A stretch of DNA of 60,943 nt, counting the filler. It is 8 parts of 8 records of this genome, joined end to end, with 100 filler letters (N's around TTAATTAATTAA, not from the genome) between each part and the next. Parts side by side here need not be neighbours in the genome. Positions count along the whole stretch, not along the records: positions 17,229 to 23,150 come from SRR31147125_36388; positions 23,251 to 30,306 come from SRR31147125_36421; 6 more parts are not named here. One strand, written 5' to 3'. The stretch's first letter is position 1. Each line of letters opens with the position of its first letter. The position numbers and the translations under genes were made by a program. Positions 18,704 through 28,746 of the stretch are shown piece by piece. The notes under the pieces were generated by a model. The model was not told the origin of the DNA, did not search any database, and was given only the letters and a program-made list of their open reading frames with translations.

Positions 18704-20281
18704 CTAGTCAGAGCGATTTCCATCTAAAAAAACAGCCTTACTGTTTACGTTATTTGAACGTTTTATACTCGATTTTACGTTGGTAAAATCATTACCAACA
18801 AGTGCAATATCTTCGGTAGACTCGCCCTCCAATTCCAGGAATGTGGTATTTGGCGACAAAGGTTTACATCCACGAATAGATACATTATGACCGTTAATCA
18901 ATTTAAAAACAGACTGATTGGAATTATTTTTTGCCTGTTGTTGCTGAAAACCATCAATCACGCTATTTTCAACATCCCTGGCCCAAAGGGCATGGCGTTC
19001 AAATCGGACATGTTGGGTTTCATCTTCTATGACCACATTTCTCATATATAATCCATCAATATGAGCGAATGTGAAATGGGATGCGACATTGGCAAAATCA
19101 TTAATGGCAATATTTTTTAATGTGCGGGTTCCTCTGGGTTTATGTCTGTTGGAAATATCGGTTCTGTTTTTCACTCTCATTCGGACATTATCAAGGGTAA
19201 TGTCTTGCATTTTCTGCTCAGGCATTCCAAGGAACACACAATTTCCGTCCGTGGTATTGATATTGATGTCACTGAACATAATGTTACGGATAAAACCCAG
19301 ATTAACGCTTTCGTCCCTTCTCTCGAGATCTAGAAAGATGGCATAGCTGTTTGTTGGGTCTTCCGGATTCTCACTATCCTGGGCACGAGTCTCTATAAAG
19401 ATATTGGAAAACTGAATATCCTCGAATGAACCGCCATCTTTCATATAAAAACCAATACCATATTTTGTGTTACGGATAATAACATTACTAAAAGTACAAT
19501 TACGGATGACTCCAGCGGAACGGGTACCACATTTAATTGCGGAATCGTCACTAATCAGCACACAATTCGTAACCACCAAATTTTCCAATGGCTTATTCAC
19601 ATCTCGTGCTTTTGGACATATGCAATCATCTCCTGTTTCAATGTAGCAATCAGAGATAAACACGTTTGAAGATGAGATAGGATCAATGCCATCAGTATTT
19701 GGGGCTTCCAGATCATTAATAATGCTCACCCCTGTAATGACCACCTGATCGCAATTTTCCACAGCAATGTTAAAAGCAGCCGAATTGCGAATATTCACAT
19801 CGCGGATAAGAATATTCTGACAGTTTTCAAATTCGATAGTTCGTCCGGGACGGATATAGGGACGCTGTTTGCCTCGCCAGAAAAAATCTCCCTGTCCATT
19901 GATAAATCCGGGTCCAACAATACCAATATTATGTGCCCCGTCTGCAAAGATCAGAAACTGTGGATCATAATCCTTTATGTTTGTACTTCCCAATATCGTA
20001 GCATTGGGTTTGATCTCAAGATAAACATTATCTTTTAGTATTATAGTGCCTGTTAAAAACCGGCCTTTAGGAAAAACCACATATCCGCCACCAGACTTGT
20101 AGCAAACATCTATGGCTTTTTGAATGGATTTTGTGTTTAAAGTGATTCCATCATTTTTTGCACCGAAATCCATAACATTAAATTCCGTATCAACGTTAGC
20201 AAATCCCAATGGAATATCACCACTACCAACCAGATTGGTCAAAATGAACATGAACAGACAATTCAATAGAGTTCGTTGCAT
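18704..20281 (-). CDS. GH28 glycoside hydrolase (right-handed beta-helix)
   Basis: FNVMDFGAKNDG, NTDGIDP, TGDDCICPK; signal peptide. Confidence 0.88.
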   Translation of the reverse strand: MQRTLLNCLFMFILTNLVGSGDIPLGFANVDTEFNVMDFGAKNDGITLNTKSIQKAIDVCYKSGGGYVVFPKGRFLTGTIILKDNVYLEIKPNATILGSTNIKDYDPQFLIFADGAHNIGIVGPGFINGQGDFFWRGKQRPYIRPGRTIEFENCQNILIRDVNIRNSAAFNIAVENCDQVVITGVSIINDLEAPNTDGIDPISSSNVFISDCYIETGDDCICPKARDVNKPLENLVVTNCVLISDDSAIKCGTRSAGVIRNCTFSNVIIRNTKYGIGFYMKDGGSFEDIQFSNIFIETRAQDSENPEDPTNSYAIFLDLERRDESVNLGFIRNIMFSDININTTDGNCVFLGMPEQKMQDITLDNVRMRVKNRTDISNRHKPRGTRTLKNIAINDFANVASHFTFAHIDGLYMRNVVIEDETQHVRFERHALWARDVENSVIDGFQQQQAKNNSNQSVFKLINGHNVSIRGCKPLSPNTTFLELEGESTEDIALVGNDFTNVKSSIKRSNNVNSKAVFLDGNRSD

Positions 20282-20310
20282 GACAGTAACTCCCTATTCT
20301 TTTTAATTCA

Positions 20311-22866
20311 CTATTTTTGCAAAAGTATTTTTATATTTGCGACATTATCTCCAGCCTGCAGCTGACAAAAATATATTCCACTGGGATATTTACGAGCTGT
20401 CCATTGAACACTATACTCACCCGCCCCACGATGATCACGAACCAAAGTTGTTATGTGCTGACCATTCAGATTAAAAATTCGCAAGGTGACAAAACGTGAT
20501 TCAGATAATGAGTAGCGAATCGTTGTCGTTGGATTAAATGGATTTGGATAATTTTGCATTAACCTGAATGCCTTGATCACATTTGGTCGCTCTAAAACAG
20601 TTGTATATGTTGAAATCAGATGAATTCGGTGCAAACCGGAATCAACCTGCACCTGAACCCAACCTGGTCCTGAGTCATTTATCAATGCAAATCCATCATT
20701 TATATTCACTCCTGTCAGCTCAGGATAGTAAAATGTCACCAATGTACCAGGAGAACTAATCTGTCCGTCTTTATCTTTTATAAAGAGACTGATTGTTGAA
20801 TCCGCTTCAAAGCCTTTTCTCACCTGGCTACCATCATTAAAGGATCTTGCTTTTCTAACAAAATAAAATTGATTCTTTTGGTTTTTCTCACGATAAACAG
20901 CTGCAGAGCCTTGAAAACTAACATTATCAAAGCCGACTAAAGTATCAGCATGAGTGCATATGGCAACATCCCTGATGGCGTTTCCATGATGGACAATAGC
21001 ACCTGATACATTCAGTCCGCTAATCGGCATCATGTCTGCCTTTGGATGAGAATCGTCATGGGGAAAGATAACCGTGGCTATTCTGGCAGTCTTGTTTTGG
21101 TCAAGAGGATAGGTCGTGAAAAGATAGGTGCCCAAATAACGGCTGCACTCAGAATAGGATGCTTTATAACCGGTCCTGATACTCACATCAGAAGGTGGTG
21201 TACAAAGAAAAAAAGTGACACCCACCGGATGATGGCTATAATTACAACCGCCAATGTTCCATTCATATTGCATATTGTTCACAGGAGTTATTGGATCAGA
21301 ATCAGAATTCGGATGCCAAACAACATTCACCGGTGTGGATGGCCCCCAGATAAAACCGGCATTAACTTCATCAAACACGACAAAATACCCATTATTGGTA
21401 TTCTGCTGAGGTTTTACAAAGACGAAATTTCGTTGATGTTGCGCGATGGGTAACGTTGTACCGGAAAAACCGCTGGCATATTCCACATCCTCTCCAACAA
21501 TAGCTTCGGTAATCCCGCCACCCCTCCAGGTAGTGTGATTTTTATTGTCAAGTAGCAACGTATTGGAAGATTCTGCAGTACGGCGTATCCACTCCCATGT
21601 AACCGGATCCGGTGCACCATACCCATCATATCCGGAATTACGTACAACATGCTCACCATAAGCGGCGATGTGGATGGCGTTGACATCAAAATGATTATGA
21701 CTATTCTCAACTGTATTAATATTCCACAAAGCCCCGGCCAAAGCTTTGTCGGAATCCGAGTCCTCTAAAAGCCAGGCACCGCCGTTATGAAAAATTCGGC
21801 TTTGTGGTCTTTTTGCAGATACAGGAAGAGAGTCACACAAAAGATAATGCAGCAATTGACCTTTTATTTTATCCTCTGTTAAAGGTCCAAGCTGCCAGGA
21901 TGCATACTTTTGCGCGATTTCTGAAAACCGGGAGGCTCTGAGGGCAGATACAGCCCAATGATCCAGATCTTTTGTTGGCGGTGAATCACCAAATGTATAT
22001 GTCCTGTTAAAAGGAGTCACAGAATAGCCTAATACCCATTCGTACAAATTTAGCAAAACAGGATGATTATAAAACTCCGTATAACCCTGGTATTCACAAA
22101 TATCCATGAACGCTTTTTTCTGCATTCGGTTATCCATAAACACTCTGCTTTTCGTGTATCCTGGTCCTGTCGTAAAAACACCATCCTCTGAGGTCAGGCT
22201 CAAAATATGGTCCTTATAGTCATTTTTTATCGATTCAAAAAGAGGTGTATTACCGTTATGATATAATTCCATCATGCCCTTAATTGAATACTCACTTGAC
22301 TTCCAGGAGTGCACATGATTGGCAGCAATGTAATCGCAATTTTCTTCCATAGCCTGACGAATATCAGGGGATAAATCATTATACATGATATCAAGAGCAA
22401 GATAGGTCATAAAAGCAGCATGAGCCGGACCGACATTATAGGCATGTTCTGTTTTCGTGCCTTTTTCAGTTCGAATGTATTGGATAGCTGGTGCTAATTG
22501 TGTCTTTACTCCTTCTCTAAAAGTAGACCGGGAATCAGGATCAAGAATATAGGCCAGTGCACACGCACCGGCAATGTCGTGTGCTCTTGTACAGATGCTG
22601 GAATAGGAAGCATTGGCATCAAATGCCAGGCTTTTTGCATCACGGATGGCTTTATTTTTCATCTCTGACCAGGGATACTCTACTGATCGTGCTTGTAATT
22701 GGGCATATTCGGTTTCTGCTACAATAAGATGGGGGTGTGTTACAGCGAAACTATATTGGATTATTAACAACAGGCATATAATACTCATTTTTATAAACGA
22801 AAATATAGAACGGTGTTTCGCAATAAATGAGTTTTTAGAATCAATTTTAAAATAATTGACATCCAT
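20311..22866 (-). CDS. Heparinase II/III-like (polysaccharide lyase-type) protein with a C-terminal secretion/sorting domain
   Basis: SHNHFDVNAIHIAAYGE motif; C-terminal QNYPNPFNPTTTIRYSL...SGIYF (T9SS-A/FlgD-Ig-like tail); exact start codon uncertain. Confidence 0.75.
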   Translation of the reverse strand: MDVNYFKIDSKNSFIAKHRSIFSFIKMSIICLLLIIQYSFAVTHPHLIVAETEYAQLQARSVEYPWSEMKNKAIRDAKSLAFDANASYSSICTRAHDIAGACALAYILDPDSRSTFREGVKTQLAPAIQYIRTEKGTKTEHAYNVGPAHAAFMTYLALDIMYNDLSPDIRQAMEENCDYIAANHVHSWKSSEYSIKGMMELYHNGNTPLFESIKNDYKDHILSLTSEDGVFTTGPGYTKSRVFMDNRMQKKAFMDICEYQGYTEFYNHPVLLNLYEWVLGYSVTPFNRTYTFGDSPPTKDLDHWAVSALRASRFSEIAQKYASWQLGPLTEDKIKGQLLHYLLCDSLPVSAKRPQSRIFHNGGAWLLEDSDSDKALAGALWNINTVENSHNHFDVNAIHIAAYGEHVVRNSGYDGYGAPDPVTWEWIRRTAESSNTLLLDNKNHTTWRGGGITEAIVGEDVEYASGFSGTTLPIAQHQRNFVFVKPQQNTNNGYFVVFDEVNAGFIWGPSTPVNVVWHPNSDSDPITPVNNMQYEWNIGGCNYSHHPVGVTFFLCTPPSDVSIRTGYKASYSECSRYLGTYLFTTYPLDQNKTARIATVIFPHDDSHPKADMMPISGLNVSGAIVHHGNAIRDVAICTHADTLVGFDNVSFQGSAAVYREKNQKNQFYFVRKARSFNDGSQVRKGFEADSTISLFIKDKDGQISSPGTLVTFYYPELTGVNINDGFALINDSGPGWVQVQVDSGLHRIHLISTYTTVLERPNVIKAFRLMQNYPNPFNPTTTIRYSLSESRFVTLRIFNLNGQHITTLVRDHRGAGEYSVQWTARKYPSGIYFCQLQAGDNVANIKILLQK

Positions 22867-22904
22867 TGTTAATCCCAACTAGTTGAATTGAATAAAATTC
22901 AAAA

Positions 22905-23150
22905 CTATTTCGTTTTCTGTTCATCAACAAGAAATTCAAGAGAGTGTTCACCTTTACCAATTTTCACCTGAATCCAATCCGGTCCTGACCTCAAACAGAC
23001 CTTCGAATGCCCATTTACTTTAATTCCCGTTATACCGGGATAATAAAATGTGACATTTGTTCCTGGCGAGATGACCTGACCTTTTGTGCCCTGCATATAG
23101 ATACTCGTCATTTTATCTGCTTTAAAACCTGTGCGTAACGGATTTCCATT
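22905..23150 (-). CDS. C-terminal fragment of a paralog of the heparinase II/III-like protein, lacking the sorting tail
   Basis: RTGFKADK..SIY....GQVISPGTNVTFYYP.ITG..VN....SGPDWIQV aligns to RKGFEADS..SLF....GQISSPGTLVTFYYPELTGVNIN....SGPGWVQV. Confidence 0.75.
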   Translation of the reverse strand, partial: NGNPLRTGFKADKMTSIYMQGTKGQVISPGTNVTFYYPGITGIKVNGHSKVCLRSGPDWIQVKIGKGEHSLEFLVDEQKTK

Positions 23151-23250
23151 NNNNNNNNNNNNNNNNNNNNNNNNNNNNNNNNNNNNNNNNNNNNTTAATT
23201 AATTAANNNNNNNNNNNNNNNNNNNNNNNNNNNNNNNNNNNNNNNNNNNN
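23151..23250. other. Artificial contig spacer 4
   Basis: N44-TTAATTAATTAA-N44. Confidence 0.99.
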
Positions 23251-23251
23251 A

Positions 23252-23278
23252 GATCCTCGGGTCAAGCCCGAGGATGAC
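23252..23278. repeat. REP-like palindromic element at the contig edge
   Basis: ATCCTCGGG-TCAAG-CCCGAGGAT perfect hairpin followed by GAC; GC-rich within AT-rich context. Confidence 0.65.
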
Positions 23279-23326
23279 AACACTTCATATTACGAACCTA
23301 CGCTTGCAACAACACATACAAACAAT

Positions 23327-23359
23327 AAAAAAGGGTGCGTATTTTAAACGCACCCTTTT
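23327..23359 (-). terminator. Rho-independent (bidirectional) terminator of ald
   Basis: AAAAAAGGGTGCGT-attttaa-ACGCACCCTTTT. Confidence 0.85.
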
Positions 23360-23376
23360 CAATTCATCTTATTTTT

Positions 23377-24477
23377 TCACATTTCGCTATATTGCAGCCC
23401 CAGGCTATCAGCAACAGGTTTATATACACACTTACCATCAGCAATATTCACACCCTTTTTCAACTCAGGTATTGTAGAAATAGCCTGATCATAACCATGA
23501 TCTGCAATCTTCAATGCATATTTCAATGTTGCATTTGTTAAAGCAAAGGTTGAAGTAAAAGGAACTGCACCTGGCATATTGGCAACACAGTAATGAACAA
23601 CATCATCAATTACAAATGTTGGTTCATCATGAGTTGTTGGCTTACATGTTTCAATACAGCCACCCTGATCGACGGAAACATCAACAACGACAGCACCTGG
23701 CTTCATTGTTGGAAGATGCTCGCGACGGATTAGCTTTGGAGCACTTGCACCAGGAATTAAAACACCACCGACAACCAAGTCAGCATCTTTGATTTCTTCA
23801 GCAATTGTTAGAGGATCTGAATAGAGAGTTGTAACCTTGCTGCCAAAAACATCATCAAGATAACGAAGTCTTTCTAGATTGATATCTAAAATTTTAACAT
23901 CAGCACCCATACCATCTGCCATCTTGGCGGCATTTGTTCCAACAACGCCAGCGCCTAAGATAACTACTTTTCCACGCTTAACACCAGGAACACTACCAAG
24001 AAGAACACCGCGTCCGCCAAATTCTTTTTCTAAACAGCGAGCACCAACTTGAACAGCCATTCTTCCAGCGACTTCACTCATTGGAGTTAAAAGAGGTAAA
24101 GAATTATCATCAAGCTGAATTGTTTCATAGGCAACACCTTTGACTTTGGTTTCCATCATGGCTTTTGCCAAATCAGGATCTGCTGCCAAATGTAAATATG
24201 TATAATAAATCAAACCTTCACGCATATATTTATATTCTTCCGCAATAGGTTCTTTAACCTTAACAATCATCTCTGCGCGTTCATGAACTTCTTTTGCTGT
24301 TGAGATAATTTCAGCACCTACATATTTGTATTCTTCATCAGTGATACCACTTCCAAGACCTGCGCCCTGCTCTACATAAACCTTATGGCCTCTATCTGTA
24401 AGAGCCTTGACGCCACCAGGAACCATTGAAACTCTATATTCTCTTGTTTTTATCTCTTTAGGGATACCGATTATCAT
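23377..24477 (-). CDS. ald: Alanine dehydrogenase
   Basis: [50 protein letters not shown]. Confidence 0.97.
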   Translation of the reverse strand: MIIGIPKEIKTREYRVSMVPGGVKALTDRGHKVYVEQGAGLGSGITDEEYKYVGAEIISTAKEVHERAEMIVKVKEPIAEEYKYMREGLIYYTYLHLAADPDLAKAMMETKVKGVAYETIQLDDNSLPLLTPMSEVAGRMAVQVGARCLEKEFGGRGVLLGSVPGVKRGKVVILGAGVVGTNAAKMADGMGADVKILDINLERLRYLDDVFGSKVTTLYSDPLTIAEEIKDADLVVGGVLIPGASAPKLIRREHLPTMKPGAVVVDVSVDQGGCIETCKPTTHDEPTFVIDDVVHYCVANMPGAVPFTSTFALTNATLKYALKIADHGYDQAISTIPELKKGVNIADGKCVYKPVADSLGLQYSEM

Positions 24478-24649
24478 AACTCCTCCTTGAAAAATTCATT
24501 AATAGCAGTACTGATTTGAAGGGAATATATGTGGAGCGCATAATGTTTACAAACAGAATATTTTTTATAAATACGATTTTTTCTTGGTCTTTATCCCCTT
24601 CTCTGCTATGAGGGCAAATCCAATAAAGACGGTAGCAAAAAAGGGTTTT

Positions 24650-26539
24650 ATGGCATTAATTAGTCTTCAAAATATATCACTTGGGTTTGGCGGACCACAA
24701 CTTTTAGACAACGTAAGCCTCCAAATTGAGTCAGGTGAAAGAATATGTCTCTTAGGCAGAAACGGAGCCGGAAAATCTACGCTGATGAAAATCATAACCG
24801 GTGAAGTCGAACCCGATTCAGGAAATATTTCTAAGTCTCAAGGTTTTACAGCAACATATTTGAGCCAGGATGTTCCAAACGATATCGAGGGGGCAATTTT
24901 TGATGTAGTATCAAGCAATCTTGGAGAGAGAAGCAAGCTTCTACATGAATATCATGAGACTAGCCTAAAATTAGCAAAAAAAGAGAGTGAAGAGCTTCTT
25001 GAAAAACTAGATGAGCTTCATCATAAGTTAGATCTAAATGGCGGATGGCAGATCAACCAAGAGGTTGAAAGAATTTTATCTATAATGAAGTTGGATCCAG
25101 ATGCAGAGTTCAGCAAGCTTTCATCTGGAATGAAACGCCGAGTTCTCTTGGCAAAAGCGCTCGTGGCAAAGCCTGACATCCTGCTACTTGACGAGCCCAC
25201 AAACCATCTAGACATTGAAGCCATAAGATGGATGGAAGATTTCTTGAAAAGCTTTTCAGGAACAATCTTTTTTGTGACTCATGATAGAACATTCTTGCAA
25301 AAACTAGCGACGCGAATCGTTGAAATCGAGAGAGGAAAACTTTTCAACTGGGATTGCGACTACCAAACTTTTTTAAAGAGAAAAGAAGAGTGGCTTCATG
25401 CTGAAGAACAACAAAACAAACTCTTCGACAAAAAACTAGCCAAAGAGGAAGTTTGGATAAGACAAGGGATCTTAGCCAGAAGAACAAGAAACGAAGGCCG
25501 TGTTCGCGAACTTAAGAAAATGAGGGAAGTGAGGAGATCAAGACGTGAACGAACAGGAAAAGTAAACCTGCAAGTCCATGAAGCTGAAAAATCAGGAAAA
25601 TCAATAGTCGATGCCGAGAACGTCAGCTTTAGTTACGGTGACGAGCAAGTCATCAAAAGCCTATCAACTCTTATCATAAGAGGTGACAAAGTTGGCATAA
25701 TTGGACCAAATGGATGTGGAAAAACAACCCTCTTAAAGATCCTACTTGGGAAACTCAAACCAAATAATGGTAAGATCAAATATGGAAGTCGATTAGAGGT
25801 CGTCTATTTTGATCAATTAAGAGCTCAGCTTGATGAGGAGAAGACAGTAAAAGAGAATATTGGAGATGGAAAAGAATTCATAACAATCAATGGACGTGAC
25901 AGACACGTCTTTAGCTACCTACAAGACTTTCTCTTTTCATCTGACAGAGCAAAAACTCCGGTCTGGATCCTATCAGGTGGAGAAAAAAACAGATTACTCT
26001 TGGCACAAATATTTGCAAGACCTTCAAATGTCTTGGTCCTTGATGAACCGACAAACGATTTAGATGCTGAAACACTAGAACTTTTGGAAGAGCTTCTTTT
26101 GCAATATCAAGGGACCCTACTGCTAGTTAGTCATGACAGAACATTCTTAAATAATGTTGTAACGAACACCCTTGCCTTTGATGAAGATGGAACTGTAAAC
26201 GAATATGTAGGAGGTTATGACGACTACATAAGACAGCGCCCTGAAAAAGGAAAACCAGATTCAGACAAAAAAACAAAAAAGGCGAAGGCAAAAAAAGAAA
26301 AACCAAAGAAACTGACGTTTAAAGAAAAATTCGAACTAGAAGAACTTCCTAAAAAAATTGAATCATTAGAAAATGAAAAGACAGAATTAGAAAATAAAAT
26401 GATAGACCCAGATTTCTACAAAAGCGAAGCCCACAGAGTCAATGAAATAAAAGACAGGCTAGAAACAGTAGAAAAGGAACTAACAGAAACATACAACAGA
26501 TGGGAAGAGCTAGAACTAATCAGAGAAAATCAGAGCTAG
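24650..26539 (+). CDS. uup: ABC-F family ATPase Uup
   Basis: Two ABC domains; EEVWIRQGILARRTRNEGRV linker; C-terminal coiled coil KLTFKE...RWEELE. Confidence 0.93.
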   Translation: MALISLQNISLGFGGPQLLDNVSLQIESGERICLLGRNGAGKSTLMKIITGEVEPDSGNISKSQGFTATYLSQDVPNDIEGAIFDVVSSNLGERSKLLHEYHETSLKLAKKESEELLEKLDELHHKLDLNGGWQINQEVERILSIMKLDPDAEFSKLSSGMKRRVLLAKALVAKPDILLLDEPTNHLDIEAIRWMEDFLKSFSGTIFFVTHDRTFLQKLATRIVEIERGKLFNWDCDYQTFLKRKEEWLHAEEQQNKLFDKKLAKEEVWIRQGILARRTRNEGRVRELKKMREVRRSRRERTGKVNLQVHEAEKSGKSIVDAENVSFSYGDEQVIKSLSTLIIRGDKVGIIGPNGCGKTTLLKILLGKLKPNNGKIKYGSRLEVVYFDQLRAQLDEEKTVKENIGDGKEFITINGRDRHVFSYLQDFLFSSDRAKTPVWILSGGEKNRLLLAQIFARPSNVLVLDEPTNDLDAETLELLEELLLQYQGTLLLVSHDRTFLNNVVTNTLAFDEDGTVNEYVGGYDDYIRQRPEKGKPDSDKKTKKAKAKKEKPKKLTFKEKFELEELPKKIESLENEKTELENKMIDPDFYKSEAHRVNEIKDRLETVEKELTETYNRWEELELIRENQS

Positions 26540-26553
26540 TCTTTTCATAATCC

Positions 26554-27222
26554 CTATTTTTCTAAAATAAGTGACCAACTTGAATGTAAATGTTCTTTTT
26601 TTCTAAAACTACCATGTGGGGGTTCTTTCCATTCTCTCAACTCTAATTCTAACACATTAAACCGGCTAAAGATCCTTCTAACTTCATCTTTAGACCTACC
26701 ATAATACCTTATACCAACCTGCTCTGAACAAATACAACTTCCGTTGTCTTGATTTGTATTAACAACACCTTCCTCTTCAGTAAATGCCACATCTTTTGGA
26801 GAATAGAGACTGGTATAAAGACGGGAGTTCTTCTTCATACTATTATAAATAAGATTAACAACAGCATCAATGTTTTCGACATGACCCAAGACGTCTACAC
26901 ACAACACCGAAGTAAATTCATCATAAGAAATTATTTTATCCTCAATTTTGCCACAAACTAACGTCAAACCTTTTGGATATCCAAATCGTTTACGACAAAT
27001 ATTAAGAGCACTAGAACATTGATCAACAGCAACTATCCCGCCACATGGATTCAATTCAATCAGCCTCCCCATATTGCGACCATCACCACATCCAATTTCC
27101 AATATTGAACCGCCTGTATATTCACTGCACAGTTTTTCAGCTAAAATATCCGCTGACTCATCCCACAACCCTTCAGAATGACTTGAATACAACATCTCCC
27201 AAGCGTCTCTTTGACTAACCAT
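26554..27222 (-). CDS. Class I SAM-dependent methyltransferase
   Basis: ILEIGCGDGRN motif I, VAVD, VLCVDVLGH; His-rich C-terminus EPPHG..R...HLHS. Confidence 0.85.
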   Translation of the reverse strand: MVSQRDAWEMLYSSHSEGLWDESADILAEKLCSEYTGGSILEIGCGDGRNMGRLIELNPCGGIVAVDQCSSALNICRKRFGYPKGLTLVCGKIEDKIISYDEFTSVLCVDVLGHVENIDAVVNLIYNSMKKNSRLYTSLYSPKDVAFTEEEGVVNTNQDNGSCICSEQVGIRYYGRSKDEVRRIFSRFNVLELELREWKEPPHGSFRKKEHLHSSWSLILEK

Positions 27223-27224
27223 AA

Positions 27225-28559
27225 TTAAATATCCTTAACATCAATTTTGTTACCCTCAGGCCACTCACTAAGAGGAACTTCTATCTCATTACCATCAACT
27301 ACAACCTTTGCATCACAAACAGCGTCATTAAGCGCTCTATCGACGTCTTCTGGAGTTTTTTCTGAAGCAATCACACTTACCAAAACCTCTGTATGCGGTA
27401 CTGATATTTCAAAACCGATAGGCTCTTCTAGCTTTGTAGTAATTTCAGGGCAGTCTTTAACCCCCTTAACGCCTTCAAACTTTCCTTTTCTATCTGAAAA
27501 GATCATCTGGTATCCAGAAGCGCCTCTAACTCCATAATTACTCATATCTAAATCATCACCCAAAGTAGCTACAGCAGACAAATAATATGGATTTATCCCT
27601 GTACTATCTTCAATTCGGTAAGGATTGAGCCCGCCACCATTCCTAAATGCAAACTCTAACGTGTATGCATTATTATCTTTATCAATACGAAATTCCGGAT
27701 GTAACACAAGAGTTTCCTTACCACATGGCTTCATAACTTTTTCATAAACGGCCTTACCAATACGCCTTATCTGATTATTTAGATCCTTGAGCTGCTCATC
27801 GTTAAGCCAAGGAATAGGAGTGACATATCTATTTTCTTCAATTCCATTTTTTCTCTCAACACTAATCGTCTTAAGCAGATAACAAGAAAAGACGACCTCT
27901 CCCTTATGAATACAAATCTCAGTCTCAACTTCACTTCCCTCAATAAAATGACAAACAATCCATTTCTGATCTGTCTTGTAATAGAGCATTGAGTTGTAAG
28001 GATTATCGATTATATCATTTTGTGCACTTTTAAATGCTTCCTCAAACTCAAAAGCATTCTCAACTCTTCTTACACCAATATTCGCTCCAAGATTATCGGG
28101 TTTTAATATCCATTCGATATCACCATATTCAGCCATCTTTTCTTTAATCATTTTCAGATCGTCATTCTTGTCAAAGATAATAAAAGGTGCTGTCCTGATA
28201 TTATTATCACTCATAAACTCAGCCATAAGAGTTTTATTTCGACCAAAGCGAACAAAATCAGGAGTAACCCCTGGCAGACCTAGCGCTTTTCTAACTTCTG
28301 CAGCATGCTCCATTGCTAGCTCAAAAATAGTATCTGCTGTAAAGAGAGGATATTGCACATTGATTTCTTTAGCAGTATGAATAAGTGATTCTAGATCATC
28401 GAATTGTGCGTAGAAGGTTTTCCATTTTGATTTATCAGAATTATGACGCTTTTCTTCTGGCTCAAGAAGAATAACACTTGCCCCAAGCTTAGTTAACCAT
28501 TCGAGGTAATCATATTTATTAGCACCACCAGAACCAACTATGAGAACATTTTTCTTCAT
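27225..28559 (-). CDS. ATP-grasp enzyme, L-amino acid ligase (BacD-like) type
   Basis: ALGLPG, RNKTLM, ILKPDNLGANIGV, FIEGSE, HPEFRI, LEFAFRNGGG. Confidence 0.8.
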   Translation of the reverse strand: MKKNVLIVGSGGANKYDYLEWLTKLGASVILLEPEEKRHNSDKSKWKTFYAQFDDLESLIHTAKEINVQYPLFTADTIFELAMEHAAEVRKALGLPGVTPDFVRFGRNKTLMAEFMSDNNIRTAPFIIFDKNDDLKMIKEKMAEYGDIEWILKPDNLGANIGVRRVENAFEFEEAFKSAQNDIIDNPYNSMLYYKTDQKWIVCHFIEGSEVETEICIHKGEVVFSCYLLKTISVERKNGIEENRYVTPIPWLNDEQLKDLNNQIRRIGKAVYEKVMKPCGKETLVLHPEFRIDKDNNAYTLEFAFRNGGGLNPYRIEDSTGINPYYLSAVATLGDDLDMSNYGVRGASGYQMIFSDRKGKFEGVKGVKDCPEITTKLEEPIGFEISVPHTEVLVSVIASEKTPEDVDRALNDAVCDAKVVVDGNEIEVPLSEWPEGNKIDVKDI

Positions 28560-28746
28560 ATAAATCCCCTGAAAAGATCAAATAGTTACTAATATAGATA
28601 TCGAAATTATAACAATGTAAGTTGTGTGTTTTTTAGCAAATAATTCATACACCATCTATACTAGAGATGGTCTCCCAACTCAAGCCAAAGAGGATCTAGA
28701 AAAACAACTATTAGGGATTTTATTTGTTCTATTCGGGCTTGTCTGA

